This document shows positions 13,965-26,765 of a DNA stretch of 64,000 bases, piece by piece. The DNA is taken from NCBI RefSeq assembly GCF_018977255.1, contig NW_024704742.1:97466001-97530000 (forward strand), written 5' to 3'. Source of the stretch: Callorhinchus milii. Lineage: Eukaryota. Within the stretch, counting starts at the first letter, position 1, and each line of letters opens with the position of its first letter. The translations under genes and the position numbers were made by a program. Below the pieces are notes generated by a model. The model was not told the DNA's origin, did not search any database, and saw nothing but the letters and a program-made list of their open reading frames with translations.

Positions 13965-14130
13965 GTGAGAAAGAGAGGACGAGAGCGTGAGAGATGGTGT
14001 GCGTGTGTGTGTGTGTACGTGACAGGTTGCGTGTGAGAAATAGAGTGTGTGTGAGAGTGTGAGCGTGTGTGTGAGCGTGTGAGAGAGAGTGTGAGCGTGT
14101 GAGAGAGAGAGAGAGAGAGAGGGAGGGAGG
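13965..14130. repeat. Compound (GT)n/(GA)n microsatellite
   Basis: Direct reading. Confidence 0.9.
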
Positions 14131-14164
14131 GACAGGAATTGGGGTGTAATGTCTCTCAAACTCC

Positions 14165-14470
14165 AACCCTGTGCTGGAACCACTGAAAAAGATGACCTTT
14201 GATGAAGCTGTTCTCAGTCCTGTGGTGTGGCTGCAGGGTCTCAATTAGAGAGTGATGTGAGCACATCAATGGGTGGCAGTGACACTTTCCAGGAGCTAAG
14301 CAAGAAAGGAAACAATTGAGAGGTTGATATTTGGAGAAGGTAGAGGAGTCAATGAGGTAATGATAATAGGTTTGAAGGGACAATGACAGATCCTAAGACT
14401 ACGCAGAGGTTAACTATGTCAGCTAGCATGAGGTGAAGAAAGAATAGTTGGTTAGTCAGTGCCTGGGTTG
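14165..14470 (-). mobile_element. Old L2 RT fragment
   Basis: Minus strand HHRTENSFIK resembles the HSTETALVKV motif. Confidence 0.5.
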
Positions 14471-15960
14471 GTAGAGTCAAAGGAACATGTGGTACACTAT
14501 AATACATTACACATTTACATTTATATAGTGCCTTTACATCAGTAGCATCATAAAAGCAATGAGAGCTGGGGGAGGTAGAGCAGACATTGCAAGGGATGGG
14601 GGATGGATGGTGGCTTAGAGAAATGAGGGAAAAGGTCGGAGAAGGAAGTGGATGAGACTGAGATAGCCCAAATGAATGGGCTCAATTTTGGTCAAAGAAA
14701 GTTCTTGTGTTCTTCACATTTTGAATCAGAGGAGAGAAATTCTTCAAAATCTGTTCTCATTTTACTGCCAGGTTTACTCCCAGTGGCTGGCTGACATTTA
14801 TGTGACACATCCTTCACAGACCAAACACTTCAGAAGGGGATGTGTGTTGGCAGTCACACAAACAGGAACTCAGAGGTGCAACCAAAACCCACCAGAAATT
14901 GATATAGAGGCAGTACCAACAGTACACCTCAAAATTAACACTAGGGTTATCCACAAACCACTCAGAGGCTTGCTCTTGAGGATTCACCTCATAGCTGTTT
15001 GTATGACCTTAGGGACTCTAAAAGAAAAGTCACTACACTTGAAAGAAATTACCTGTTAAGTGTTTGGAGAGAACTTGACAAATAACATTATTTGATACAG
15101 TCCCTATGTAGTTCAGGACATATGTGCATGGACCGTCAGGAAGCGGAAGGCAAACTAGATGGGCTTTGATTTTTTTTTGTCGAGCGTTTCTTATGTTCTT
15201 AAAATAAGATGCTTTTAACAAGAATTAAAAATTTGAATTCAGTAGGGTTTTTGTTCAGGTATCAATACCCTCATTGATGTGGACAATCCTCATAACTAAG
15301 AAATGGATAAAATGGAAAAAACATTTCATTTTTTTCCACAAAGGGAGGACAAGTTTGCAAGGCTATGGGGGTAGAGAGAGTGGGATTGATTTCAAAGAGC
15401 TGGCACAGACACACTGGGCTGAATGGCCTCCTCTATGTTGTATAATTCCATCATTCAAGAAAGGAGTCATGGATAAAGTGTATGGATTTAACACCAATAT
15501 TCCTGTTTCACAGTTATTGATCAGTGCTTGTGAATTTGGCACAAATTTTAATGACAAAAACTATAAAAGGATTTGCATAACCAAAAAACTGACTTTTTTT
15601 CATCAATGCTGTGTTGTCACAGTGACTGAGGTATTATAAATCCAGATTAAATAAACACAGTAAATGCTGGAAGTGGCATTGTGTATTAACCAGTATCTGA
15701 AAGAGAAAGATAGGGCAATGTTTTTGGTGCCAATGGTGCCACGCATCAGCAGAGCTGGAACAATAAGCCATGAATACAAAGACCTGACCAAGAAAAATTG
15801 TGCATTTGCCCCATTTGAGCCTTCTAATGATTCAGTTCTTTCAAAATTTTAACCAATCTTCTTTCAAGTGCGGATCAACTCTGTTTAATCTCACAAGACA
15901 AGAAAATGTGTAATGGATTGTAATTTAATAATTTTGACATTTTTCATTGTTTTTGATCAG

Positions 15961-16182
15961 CACCACCTAATTCCCTGAACCTCAATGGAATCCAGGCTGG
16001 AAGGAAAAAGCTTGCTGCTCCTGAAATCAACCTTTCACTGGATCAGAGCGAGGGCTCAATCCTGTCTGACGACAACCTTGATACTCCAGATGACCTAGAC
16101 ATCAATGTAGATGACCTTGAAACCCCCGACGAGGCGGATTCTCTTGAATACTCCGGGCATGGTAATGAACTGGAGTGGGAAG
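15961..16182 (+). CDS. PRUNE2: PRUNE2-like exon, BNIP2 N-terminal acidic region ([10 protein letters not shown]...[50 protein letters not shown])
   Basis: ttttgatcAG acceptor; donor gaag|GTaaaa at 16183; 222 nt, phase 1-1, open frame. An alternative donor lies at 16162. Confidence 0.93.
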
Positions 16183-19100
16183 GTAAAAAAAAAACGGAAG
16201 AGAAAAAATTCACTGAGAAATTCATTTGTGATTTTTTTCCTTTTTGTTGCTTTTTTATACTTCATCTCCACTTTTTTTTTATATCATTGTTTTAATGATT
16301 TGAGAGTTTTCCTGTTCTGTTTTCTAAATGTGGAACATTTGTTGATGCGTATTGGGTTACTCAGCTCTCAAATGAGTCATTATATGCTCATAATTAACTG
16401 TTGTAAATGGTACCCCTTTATCATTTTACTTTTAATTTAAAAGTTCCATTGTTTATAACTTAGTAAATGGAGCAGAAGAGATTTGCCATTAAATTGGCTA
16501 CATTTAGCAAACGGAGCAGATTGACCCCATTATTTTTTTAATAATTTTCAATTGACATCATACTTTAATACTAGAATTATACAGCTATTCACTCATGTAA
16601 TGTGCCCCTTTCATTTCATAACATTCATAGCATTAGACCCTAGAAAATCAATACATATCAATTTCTAGATATGATTTAATATCTATCAGAAAATATGTCT
16701 GAATATAATTGCCAGAATTGTATATTCTAATTTCGTAACTATTGTAAACGCAGCATGAACGTGTATAATGTAAGCACCTATGAGTGAGTTTAGCCTTGCA
16801 TGATATATAGAATGATCTGAACATGGATTTGATGTCTGTGTGATTCGCTTGAACTTCAAAGTATCCTGTTATGTTGCTGAAAGGCTTTTTCCTTGGAAGC
16901 ATTAGTTTGATGAACTGAATTGTTGTTATTGTAACATTCTATTTGTGAATGGGAGTAATCAGTCTCGGGATTGGCAGAAAGGTATTGCAAAGAGTGGCTA
17001 AGATTTAACTTTGAATATCTTGTGGCAAACAAAGTGCATTTTCATTGCAGAATTTATATTGAAAGCTCTGCAATAACTAATTAGAATCGGCTCTGCAATA
17101 TTTGGTGTGATTCTCTCCATTTTTGGATGCATTTCACTGAAATGATTGATCCAATCTGCAATTTTAGCACCTCATAATTTGGGGAAGACACAGGTCTGTC
17201 TTGATTATCATTAAAAGAGCTGTTAGTCATTGAACTGTTCTATTGAAGCCAGATTTAATCCTTCATGTGCTGCAAAGAAGTTTAGTTATCTAGAAATCTC
17301 CTTTTAGTGAGGTCTGTTTACTTTCAAAATATCACCAAAACATTATTTCTGCTTTGGTGATATTGTACTCATCAAGAAACATTGTAATTATCTTCTAGAC
17401 ATGACCATTTAAATCTTCAATGGCATTCAGTAAGGTTGCAGTTACAGAGATATTTTGTAACTAATTAAATGGAAATCATTTCAAAGTGGCTCTCATCCCT
17501 AAAATGGATATTTTCGAAACAATTTCTATTTAATTAGTTACACAATGTCTCCAAATTAGGAGCAAGGGGACAGAAGGTAAGTAAGTGTTTTCAAATTAAA
17601 CAGAATACAATTTTATCTTTATGAATCGCATCATCTCCTAAATCATATATGCACCTGAGTCCCTTTCAGCTTCCTATCAAAGCCACTTAGATATATTTGC
17701 ACTAGCCGTATTTATCATCTCCTAACTCGTAATGCCACTATCCTATCCTCCATTGCTTCTGTACTTACTGGGCGGCATTGTATCGTGGGAAATGACATCC
17801 TGACCCATCGATGCATGCACACTTACCGTCCGGCTGCATTGAATCACAGGAAACTTAGTCTTGATCTGTCCCTCAGGGCAGAAGAACTTCATTCCCCCAA
17901 TTCAATGTGACTCCAATGCTTGTTCACATGCGGCGATCAGTCAGACATAATGAATTGTGAAAAAGGTAGTTTTGACCCATCATCGAATGTGTACTTATCC
18001 GTGGCAGTGACAAAATACCTCCTGTGCACTTACCGGCTGCAGCGACAACGTTTTTTTGGTTTGTCTGTTTGTTTTGGTCAGCTGGGTGTTTGTTACATAC
18101 AGAAACCCATCACTAATCTTAAAAGGATCCAAACCAAACTGAGATTTCCATGCATCCATCTACGCATGGAAATTCCAGAGATAGATTGTTGGAATGAAAT
18201 GCACACTCTCTCCCTGGTAGGATGCATCCTGCTTACCTAATTCTGGAAAGTATTAGGCACAGATTGGCAAGAGCCAAGGCTTGGGGACTCCAGGACCATT
18301 AGGGCTTTGGCTTCCAGGGTTGGCAGGAGCTGAGTGGGATGAGTCCCTGCCCCCAGTGACTGATCTGCGCTTTCATGTCCTCTGATGAGCCAGGCTGGCT
18401 GGCTATGCTGTCATCAGCAGTGCCCTGGAACACTGCGGACTCATCTGGCTCAGGAAGCAGACTACTAAGACCACCACAGAGGGCTGGCTCAACTCCGACA
18501 TTCCATTGCCAAACATGTTTAGATAATTATTTGTGGAGGATAAGTTTGCAGGCCTATGGGGAGAAAGCTGGGAAGTGGGATTGTATTGGATAGCTCTTTT
18601 CTAAGAGCTGATGCAGACATGGTGGGCTTCCTCCTGTGCTCTATAGTTCTACGATTCTATGTCACCTTGGAGCCAGTTCAGCACCAAGAAGACCCCACTT
18701 GTATAATCTCCCCTCCTCGCCCCCAAGAGGATATTCCAGTGACAAAGTACTGCATGGGCACCAATATGCCTATAACTCAAATGTTGTCTAAGTCATATTA
18801 AATATTTTGGTCCCGACTAATATGACTTATGTGATTTTTACCATAGACAACAAAAAATATATCTAAAATAATAAAAAACAACAATGCAAATAAAGAAGTC
18901 AAAAGAGATGGCAAGCAGAAATAGTTTTTTATTTTAAAATTATCCTATAAATGTTTGTTTTCATAGTTAACAGTGAATATTGTAACAATAATGTTGCCCT
19001 TAATCTTGAAGAGGTTTATTACTTTATCAGTGTTTATTTCAGCATCACAATGGGTAAGCTGTATGTTTTATACCTGACAGGTTAGGGAAATTATGATTCC

Positions 19101-20822
19101 CTGAACTGACTAGCAGCCTAAGGGTTACTATGACATTGCAAATGGGGAAGAGTCTTAATTTTCATGTGTTGTATTCCTGCCAATAGTAATAATATATCAC
19201 AATCATTAAAAGTCCTGTAACCCTATCTCACACAGGATGGCCCAGCATTTAACCAAGATGTTTCCTCCTTTTTCACATTCACTCTAAATACACCATCGTA
19301 TTTTGGAAACAAGTTTGTTGCACACCGTTAGTTGATAGAATTTAATATATATTTACATTAATATAGCTGTTTTTGTGGTGTGGCAGAATTGGCTTTTATA
19401 TGCATCCAATTTGCGAGTTTTTTGACTTTACTGTGAAGCAAAAGTATATTTGGCTACTTTGCTGAATGTTAAGGCTTGTTTTATGGACACAGCAGGGCCC
19501 CAATTTTGGCATGCAAACCTCTCTTGGGAAATTTATCTTCTGAAATCAGAAGGAAATCTATCCGTGTTTGCTGAGTAGACAAAGAAAGCCTCAATTCAGT
19601 AAGAGTATGCAGCATGAAATGGGTCAGTCTCTCTCACCCAGAAAATAACCGAGGCCAGGAAAAGTGAATGAAGAAACAAATTGATAATTCTGTGCATCTG
19701 GATGAATGATGCAACAGTGCAGAATTCATTATGGAAACTTGTTGATGAATGTTTTTCCAGTAACACCGTTCCAACAAATATTGGAAATGTATTGAAGAGA
19801 CCAGGGTATGATAGTGAGAGAATTGCTGTTTGTATACTGAATAGCGGAGGTTTATTGAACTTTCACAACTTTGCATGTCTCTCTCCAATTCTTCTGCCAC
19901 AATATGGATCTTCTTTTAAGATAAATCAAGGAAATCACAACATTTGTTTTACTGGCAAACTCTTTCTCTGCCCCTCCCTTTTCACCTCTGGCAACTCACC
20001 TCTAAGAAATGTGCTTTGCAACATAATCAGCGGTTTCCGCAGGAAAATCCTAACTCATCAAAAAGCTTCAGTTTTGACTCAATATCTCTTTGTATCTGAC
20101 AACCTCAGCGCTTCTATACAGTTTTCTACCAAAAACAGTTCTGCATTGCAAAACAGTTTTCTGGTAACACTAACCTTTTGAGAGAATTGCTTTTTCATTT
20201 CTTCTGTCAAATAGAGTAATAAGAGAATAAAATAAACAATGCCACACGTGCAAACGTTCTTCCCTCCCCCCACACCGTAAGTTTCATGCTGACAGATATT
20301 CATTGTCAGGGCATTGTAAATAAGTCTCAAATATCAGCTGAGAATTAAACAGTAACTTGTGAAGGACGAGTACATCAGAGAAAATGGAGTGGAAGCCCTT
20401 TGTGGCATTCTGTGTTTGCTCTTCTTTTGGCACAAAAAATAGAAAGTAATTGATTTTTACTGATTGATTTTCACTCCAAAAAGGGTATATCGCAGTGAAA
20501 AAATGTTTTTAAAAAGTGAATGTGGTAAAAACCTGAATTTACTGTTCTTCATACCATTAAAGACCATTAAATTTTGCCCACAAATAAATACAAAAGCCAA
20601 CTCTAATGAATCATTAATAAATTAAAACACTTCCACTTTGCTTGATAAATCTAGTTCCTGAATTACCACCATTTTTCATCCTGCTCCTATTCTGATTCTA
20701 ATTAATTACTGATGCAGAAAGGTGGTGGGAAATCTGGCACCTAATAATAGTTTTTTAAATGGGCATTCAATGTCAGGTGAAACTACGGCTAATATTTGAT
20801 TAGCTGACATCATTACTTAGGA

Positions 20823-21572
20823 TCATACAATCTTACAGCACAGAAGGAGGCCACTTGGCTCATCGTGCCTCTACCAGTTCTTTGAAAGAGCTATCCAACT
20901 AGTCCCGCTTCCCCGCTCTTACCCCATAGCCCTGCAAATTTTTTATTTTTAAGTACCTAACCGATTTCCTTTCGAAAGCTACTATCGAATCTGCTTCCAC
21001 CACCCATTCCAATAATGCATTCTAGACCGAAACAACTCTTTGGGTAAAAAAAAATTCTGCTCGTTTCCCCTCTGGTTCTTTGCCAATTATCTTAAATCTG
21101 TGTACTCAGGTTATGGAACCAACTGCCAAAGGAAACCATTTCTCCCTATCTACCTTATTTTAAAAAAAACTCAATTTTGAATACCTCTATTAAATTTCCT
21201 CTTGACCTTCTCTGCTGTAGAATGGAGAATAATTCTAAACACTCCACATAATTGAAGTCCCTCATCTCTGATATCATTCTTGTAAAACTCCTCTGCACAT
21301 TCTCAAAGATGCTGATATCCTTCCTAAAATGTGGTGCCCAGAATTGGGCACAATACTCCAACTGAGACCTAACCAGAGATTTGTAAAGGTTCAACATAAC
21401 TTCCTTGCTTTTATACTCTATGCCTCTATTTATAAAGCCAAGGATCCCACATGCATTTCAACAACTTTATCAACTTGTACCTTCAACCTTCTACCTTCAA
21501 AGATTTGCTTCTGTGAACCCCAGAGGTCTCTCTGGTCCTGCACCCCCTTTAAAATGGTACCATTTATCTTAT
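20823..21572 (-). mobile_element. CR1 LINE 3' part (segment 1 of an interrupted copy)
   Basis: Encodes LYKSLVRSQLEYCAQFWAPH and RGNLIEVFK; CR1 3' end at about 20823. Confidence 0.9.
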
Positions 21573-22825
21573 GTCATCCACAGAAACAGCTTTGGTCAAA
21601 GTGACAAATGACATTTTGTCCATCTGTAACCAGGGCTCCCTCTGCCTCCTCGTCCTCCTTGACCTCTCTGCTGCCTTCGATAACGTTGCCCACACCTCTC
21701 CTCTTACCTCAACCTTCATGGTTCTGTCCTTGAAAGATTCAGATCCTACCTCTCACACGGTCTCCGCTTCATCTCCACAAATAGCTTCTCCTCTTAGCCT
21801 CTGTGCTGTCTTATGCTGAGTTCCTCAGGTCTCTGTCCTTGCTCCCCTCTTTTTCACTATCTATATGCTACCTCTTGATGGCAACATCCGCAGACATGGG
21901 GTCAATTTTCACAAGTATGCGGATGACACCCAACTCTATCTCTCTGCCTCCACGCTTGATTCCAGGACCACTGCTGTCCTGACAGAATGTCTGTCAGATA
22001 TCAAGTCCTAGATGAGAGCTAACTTTCTATAGTTGAACATCAACAAGACTGCGGCTCTCCTGATTGGCTCCCATCAGCGCCTCCACACTTCAGGCAACCG
22101 AGCCAGTCCAGAATCTTGATGTCTTGTTTAACCCTCAACTATCTTTTCTACCCCACATCCGTGCCATGTCCCGCTCCACCTTTCCCCACCATCGCAACCT
22201 CGCCCGGCTCCACCACTGTCTCACACCGGAAGCCACCAAGACCCTCATACACACATTCATAACATCCAGGCTTGACTATGCAAACTCTCTACCTAACTCC
22301 TCCCTCCATAGGCTGTAGATCATCCAGAACTCTGCAGCCCATGTCTTCTCCTGCACCAGGCTCCATGAGCCTATCACCTTCATCCTTGCCCAACTCCACT
22401 GGCTTTCCATCACATAGGATACAGGTCAAGTTCCTGGTCCTCACCTTCAAAGCCCTCTATGACCATGCTCCCCCCTACCTCTGCAACCTCCTAACCCCTA
22501 CCAACCTGCCCTCTGCGTCCGCTCAGCAGGTTCCGGCCTGCTTCATGTCCCCTGCCTCGCACGCCCCACCATTGGTGGTCGGGCCTTCTGCCCCCACCCA
22601 CTGGACCTCCATCATGCAGTCCATCCAACTCATGTCCTCCCTTGCCTCCTTCAAGACCTGACTCAAGACCCTCCTCTTTGACGTGCCTTCAGTCACCCTC
22701 CTTCCACCCCTGCCCTCCACTCCCCTAATCCTGACCCCCAGCTCGGGTCCAAAACACTGATTGTCCAGTGCCTTGGATGTCCTCCCGATGTGAAAGGTGT
22801 TATACAAATGTAATTTTATTGTTGT
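21573..22825 (+). mobile_element. L2 LINE inserted into CR1
   Basis: Encodes STETALVKVTND, LLDLSAAFD, YADDTQ and SRLDYAN; (TTG) tail. Confidence 0.9.
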
Positions 22826-23252
22826 ATATTGCCTCCTCATTCCTGCTCCCCAAATGCATCACTTCACACTTAGCTGCATTAAATTCCACCTGCCATGTGT
22901 GTACCCATTTCACCAGCCTGTCTGTGTCCTCCTGCAATATGTTACTATCCTCCTCACTGTTTAGTACGTTTCTAGTACTTTAGTACATTACCTTTTACAA
23001 GTTTTGTATCATCTGCAAACTTTAACATTTTGCTCTCTATACCCAGGTCCAGGTCATTAATATATTAAAAAGACCAGTGGTCCTAATACCAACTCCTGGG
23101 GGACACCACTGTATACTTCCCTCCAGTCTGAAAAACAACCGTGCACTACTACCCTCTGCTTTCTGTCTCCCAGATAATTTCGGATCCATACTGCCACTTT
23201 AATCCCATGGGCTTCAATTTTGCTAACAAGTCTATTATGTGGCATTTTATCA
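22826..23252 (-). mobile_element. CR1 segment 2 (RT)
   Basis: Encodes PHNRLVSKIEAHG and SGVPQELVLGP; continuous with segment 1 by comparison with the copy at 32130. Confidence 0.9.
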
Positions 23253-25135
23253 ACAACAAAAGTAACAAAATTATATTTGTAAAGCGCCTTTCATGTCGGG
23301 AGGACATCCCAAGGCGATGGGCAGACAGAGTTTCGGACCCGAACTGGGGGTTGGGTGTACATGGTGGGCAGGGGGAGACCAGGGAGATCAAAAGCACGAT
23401 CGAAGAGGAGGGTCTTGAGATGGTTTTTGAAGGTGGCAAGGGAGGGGCGAGGCAGAGTGGCAGAAGGCCTGCCAGCCAATATTGGGGCGAGCTAGGCAGG
23501 GGACGTGAGGCAGGCCAGAGCCCGCTGAGCGGAGGGAGAGAGCAGGATGGTATGGGGTTAGGAGGTCACAGAGGTAGGGGGAACAAGATGTAGAGGACTT
23601 TGAAGGTGAGGACCAGGATCTTGAACTGTATCCTTAGTATTGAACTGTATGATGGGAAGCCAGTGGAGTCGGGTGAGGATGGTGGTGATAGGGTCAGGGA
23701 GCCTAGTGCAGGAGAGGACATGGGATACAGAATTCTGGATGATCTGCAGCCTATGGAAAAGGAGTTGGGGAGGCTGACAAGCAGTAAGTTTACATAGTCA
23801 ACCCTCGATGTAATGAAAGCATGTATGAGGGTTTTGGCGGCCTGTGGTGTGAGACAGTGGCGGAGCCGGGTGATATTGCAGAGGTGGGGGAAGGCAGAGC
23901 CGGGTCATGGTGCAGATGTGAGGTAGAAAGGATAGTTGAGGGTCAAACAAGATGCCAGGGTTCCAGACTGGCTTAGCAAGGTGGAGTGTGCAACCATGGA
24001 TGGTGATGCTGTCAGCAGCTGAGGTGAGGAGGTGCTGACAGGAGCCATTCAGGAGAGCCTCGGTCTAGTTGATGTTCAACTGAAGTAAGTTAGCTCTCAT
24101 CCAGGACTTGATGTCTGATAGGCATTCTGTCTATCCTCATCCTCACCTACAAGGCCATTCACGGCCTTGCTCCCTCCTACCTCTCCGACCTACTATCCCC
24201 CTACTTACCTGCCCGTACCCTCCGTTCCTCTGGCTCCGGTCTGCTCCACATCCCCCACGCCAACCGCCCTACCATCGGTGGCCGGGCGTTCAGCCTCTCA
24301 GCCCCTAGGCTCTGGAACTCCAACCCCAGTGCCTTCACCTTGCTTCCTCCCTTTCCTCCTTGAAGGCCGGTCTCAAGACCTTTCTCTTCGACCGTGCCTT
24401 CAGCTCCCCTCTCGACTCTCTACCCCTTCCTCACTCCCTCCCTTCCCTCACCCTGACCATTTCCTCCCTGCTCGGGTCCCGACCCAACTGTCCAGCGCCT
24501 TGGGACGTCCTCCTGACGTGGAAGGCACTCTATAAATGAAATCTTGTTGTTGTTGTCAGGACAGCAGTGGTCCTGGAGTCAAGAGTGGAAGCAGAGAGAT
24601 AGAGTTGGGTGTCATCTGCATACATGTGGAAGTTGACCCCATGTCTGCGGATTATGTCACCAAGAGGGAGCATGTAGATATTGAAGAAGAGGGGACCAAG
24701 GACAGACCTCTGAGGAACGCCTCACAAGACAGTGCGGGGGCTAGGGGAGAAGCCGTTTGTGCAGATGAAGTGGAGGTAGTGTGTGAGGTACAATCTGAAC
24801 TAGTCAAGGACAGAGCCGTGAAGGTTGAGGTGCGAGGAGAGGCGGTGGATGAGGATAAAGTGGGCGACGGTGTCGAAGACAGCAGAGAGGTCAAGGAGGA
24901 CGAGGAGGCAGAGGGAGCCTTGGTTGCAGATGGACAGAATGTCATTTGTCACTTTGACCAGGACTGTTTCTGTGCTATGGGCGGCACGGAAACCCAATTG
25001 GAGGGTTTCGTGAAGGGAATGGTGGGAAGGAGCGAAGCTGAGAAGCAACAACTCATTCCAGGATCTTGGAGAGGAAAGGGAGGTTGGAGATGGGGTGGTA
25101 GTTTGGGAGTAGAGATGGGCCCAGGGAGAGTTTTG
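23253..25135 (-). mobile_element. L2 LINE inserted into CR1, itself interrupted
   Basis: Encodes GFRAAHSTETVLVKVTND; interrupted at 24132-24553. Confidence 0.88.
24132..24553 (+). mobile_element. Young L2 3' fragment nested in L2
   Basis: Flanked by the duplicated tgtc (24128-24131 and 24554-24557); highly similar to 43975-44400. Confidence 0.9.
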
Positions 25136-25285
25136 AACACCTTTTGAAAGTCCATGTATACACATCAACTGCACTATCTTCCTTCATCAATCTTCTCTGT
25201 TACTTTATCGAAGAAGTCAATCAACTCAGTCAGAAGTTATTTGCCTTTAACAAATCCATGTTGGCTGTCATTTATTTACCCATGT
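25136..25285 (-). mobile_element. CR1 segment 3
   Basis: Encodes MDFQKVF; continues segment 2 (ttatcaa|acaccttttgaaag). Confidence 0.85.
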
Positions 25286-25984
25286 TATGTTACTTTTAAT
25301 AGTGCTCTTTCACTTCAATAGAACTGCTGAAATTATACCAGAAATGTATCTGTATTAACATCTCCTTGAATGCATCAACTTCAAGTTGGAGAATTGGTTT
25401 GTGTTTTTCATTCTGAACTGTGGATAGAACTGTGAAAAGCACTGAATATTTTCAATATATTTATTCACAGCTCAGAAATGGCATTAGGGATTAGTTTTAA
25501 TGTAAGTTTAGATACCTAGGTTGTGTGAATCCCAGGAAATTGAGAGTCGTCATGGATACCGCTCAGTTCTGCTTTAAATAATTACACATCAAGTGCCTTG
25601 AAGCCACAGTTGCTTGGCAGGAAGACTCTTTGATGCTGAAACGCTATTGACTGACTCATCTACAAGCGTATCAGACAACTCGACAGGCTAAATGGCCTAC
25701 TCCTGTTCCTATGTTCCTGAATCTCTGAAGGTTATGCTTGTGTGTGTGTGTATACAACTGTTGCAAAATGAGAATGCATACAAATGCATCACAAGATTGA
25801 ATTATGTTGTCGTAGGCTGATTTATATACTACTCAAAAGCATGATAGTTTATGGGTTCTGATGAATAAGTGATACAGAAAGTTGGAGAAAATCTGGCACC
25901 TAATAATAATCGTCTTTTAATGGGAATTTAATGTCGTCCAGATCACTGGATGAAGCAAGCCCATCCAATCTCATCCTTCCAGAA

Positions 25985-26290
25985 CAACAACAACCAAATT
26001 ACATTTGCAAGCGCCTTTCAGGTTGGGAGGAAGTCCCAAGATCCTGAACAGTCAGGGATTAGGACCCGAGCATTGGGGGCAGAGTGGGTAGGAGGGCGGC
26101 TAGAGGCACTGTCAAAAAGGAGGGTCTTGGGTCGTGCCTTGAAGGAGGCAAGGGAGGGAACAATGTGTAGGGATTGTGGGATGGAGTTCCAAAGGATGGA
26201 GGTTGAAGGTCCGACCGCTGATGGTAGGACCGGTTGGGTGGAGACATGGAGCAGGTCAGAACCTGCTGAATGGATGGAGGGGAATGAAGG
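25985..26290 (-). mobile_element. L2 3' fragment
   Basis: Encodes LWNSIPQSL...SLASFKARPKTLLF; (AAC)n tail. Confidence 0.85.
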
Positions 26291-26403
26291 GAGGGAGAAC
26301 AACCCCCAACTGTCTTTTTAAATAAGTCCAGGGTTCTAGCCTTAACCACCCTTCCTGGAAACCTGTTCCAGTTTTTGGATTATACAGTAAAACTCACATG
26401 GAT

Positions 26404-26765
26404 CAACAACAACAACAACTTGGATTTGTATAGCGCCCTCCACCCTGGATGGCATCTCAGAGCACTTCACAGTAATCGAGCCAGGGGGAGGGGAGGAAGG
26501 TGACCAAAAGCATGGTCGAAAAGAAAGGTGTTCAGCAGAGACCTGAAAATAGGAAGAAAGGGGTCGAGGCGAAGGGAGAGAGGAAGGGAGTTCCAGAGCC
26601 TCGGGGTGTAGTGGCTGAAGGCACGGGTGGAGCAGAGGACTCGGGGGACAAGGAGGAGGCCAGACCCAGAGGAACGAAGGCAACGGGCACTGTTTTGAGG
26701 AGAGTGGAGGTCAGAGAGGTAGGGGGGTGCAGAGAAGTGGAGGGATTTGAAGACAAGGGTGAAGA
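26404..26765 (-). mobile_element. L2 3' fragment (ttggatttatatagc subfamily)
   Basis: Shared 3' end with copies at 33925, 58940 and 62908. Confidence 0.88.

Noticed and set aside
13611..14244. 190-aa His/Thr/Leu-rich ORF
   Set aside because: Translation of a microsatellite plus SINE.
19681..20181. 166-aa ORF
   Set aside because: No recognisable motif or splice structure; likely chance in AT-rich intron.
24536..25147. 203-aa acidic ORF on the + strand
   Set aside because: Antisense reading of the L2 RT.
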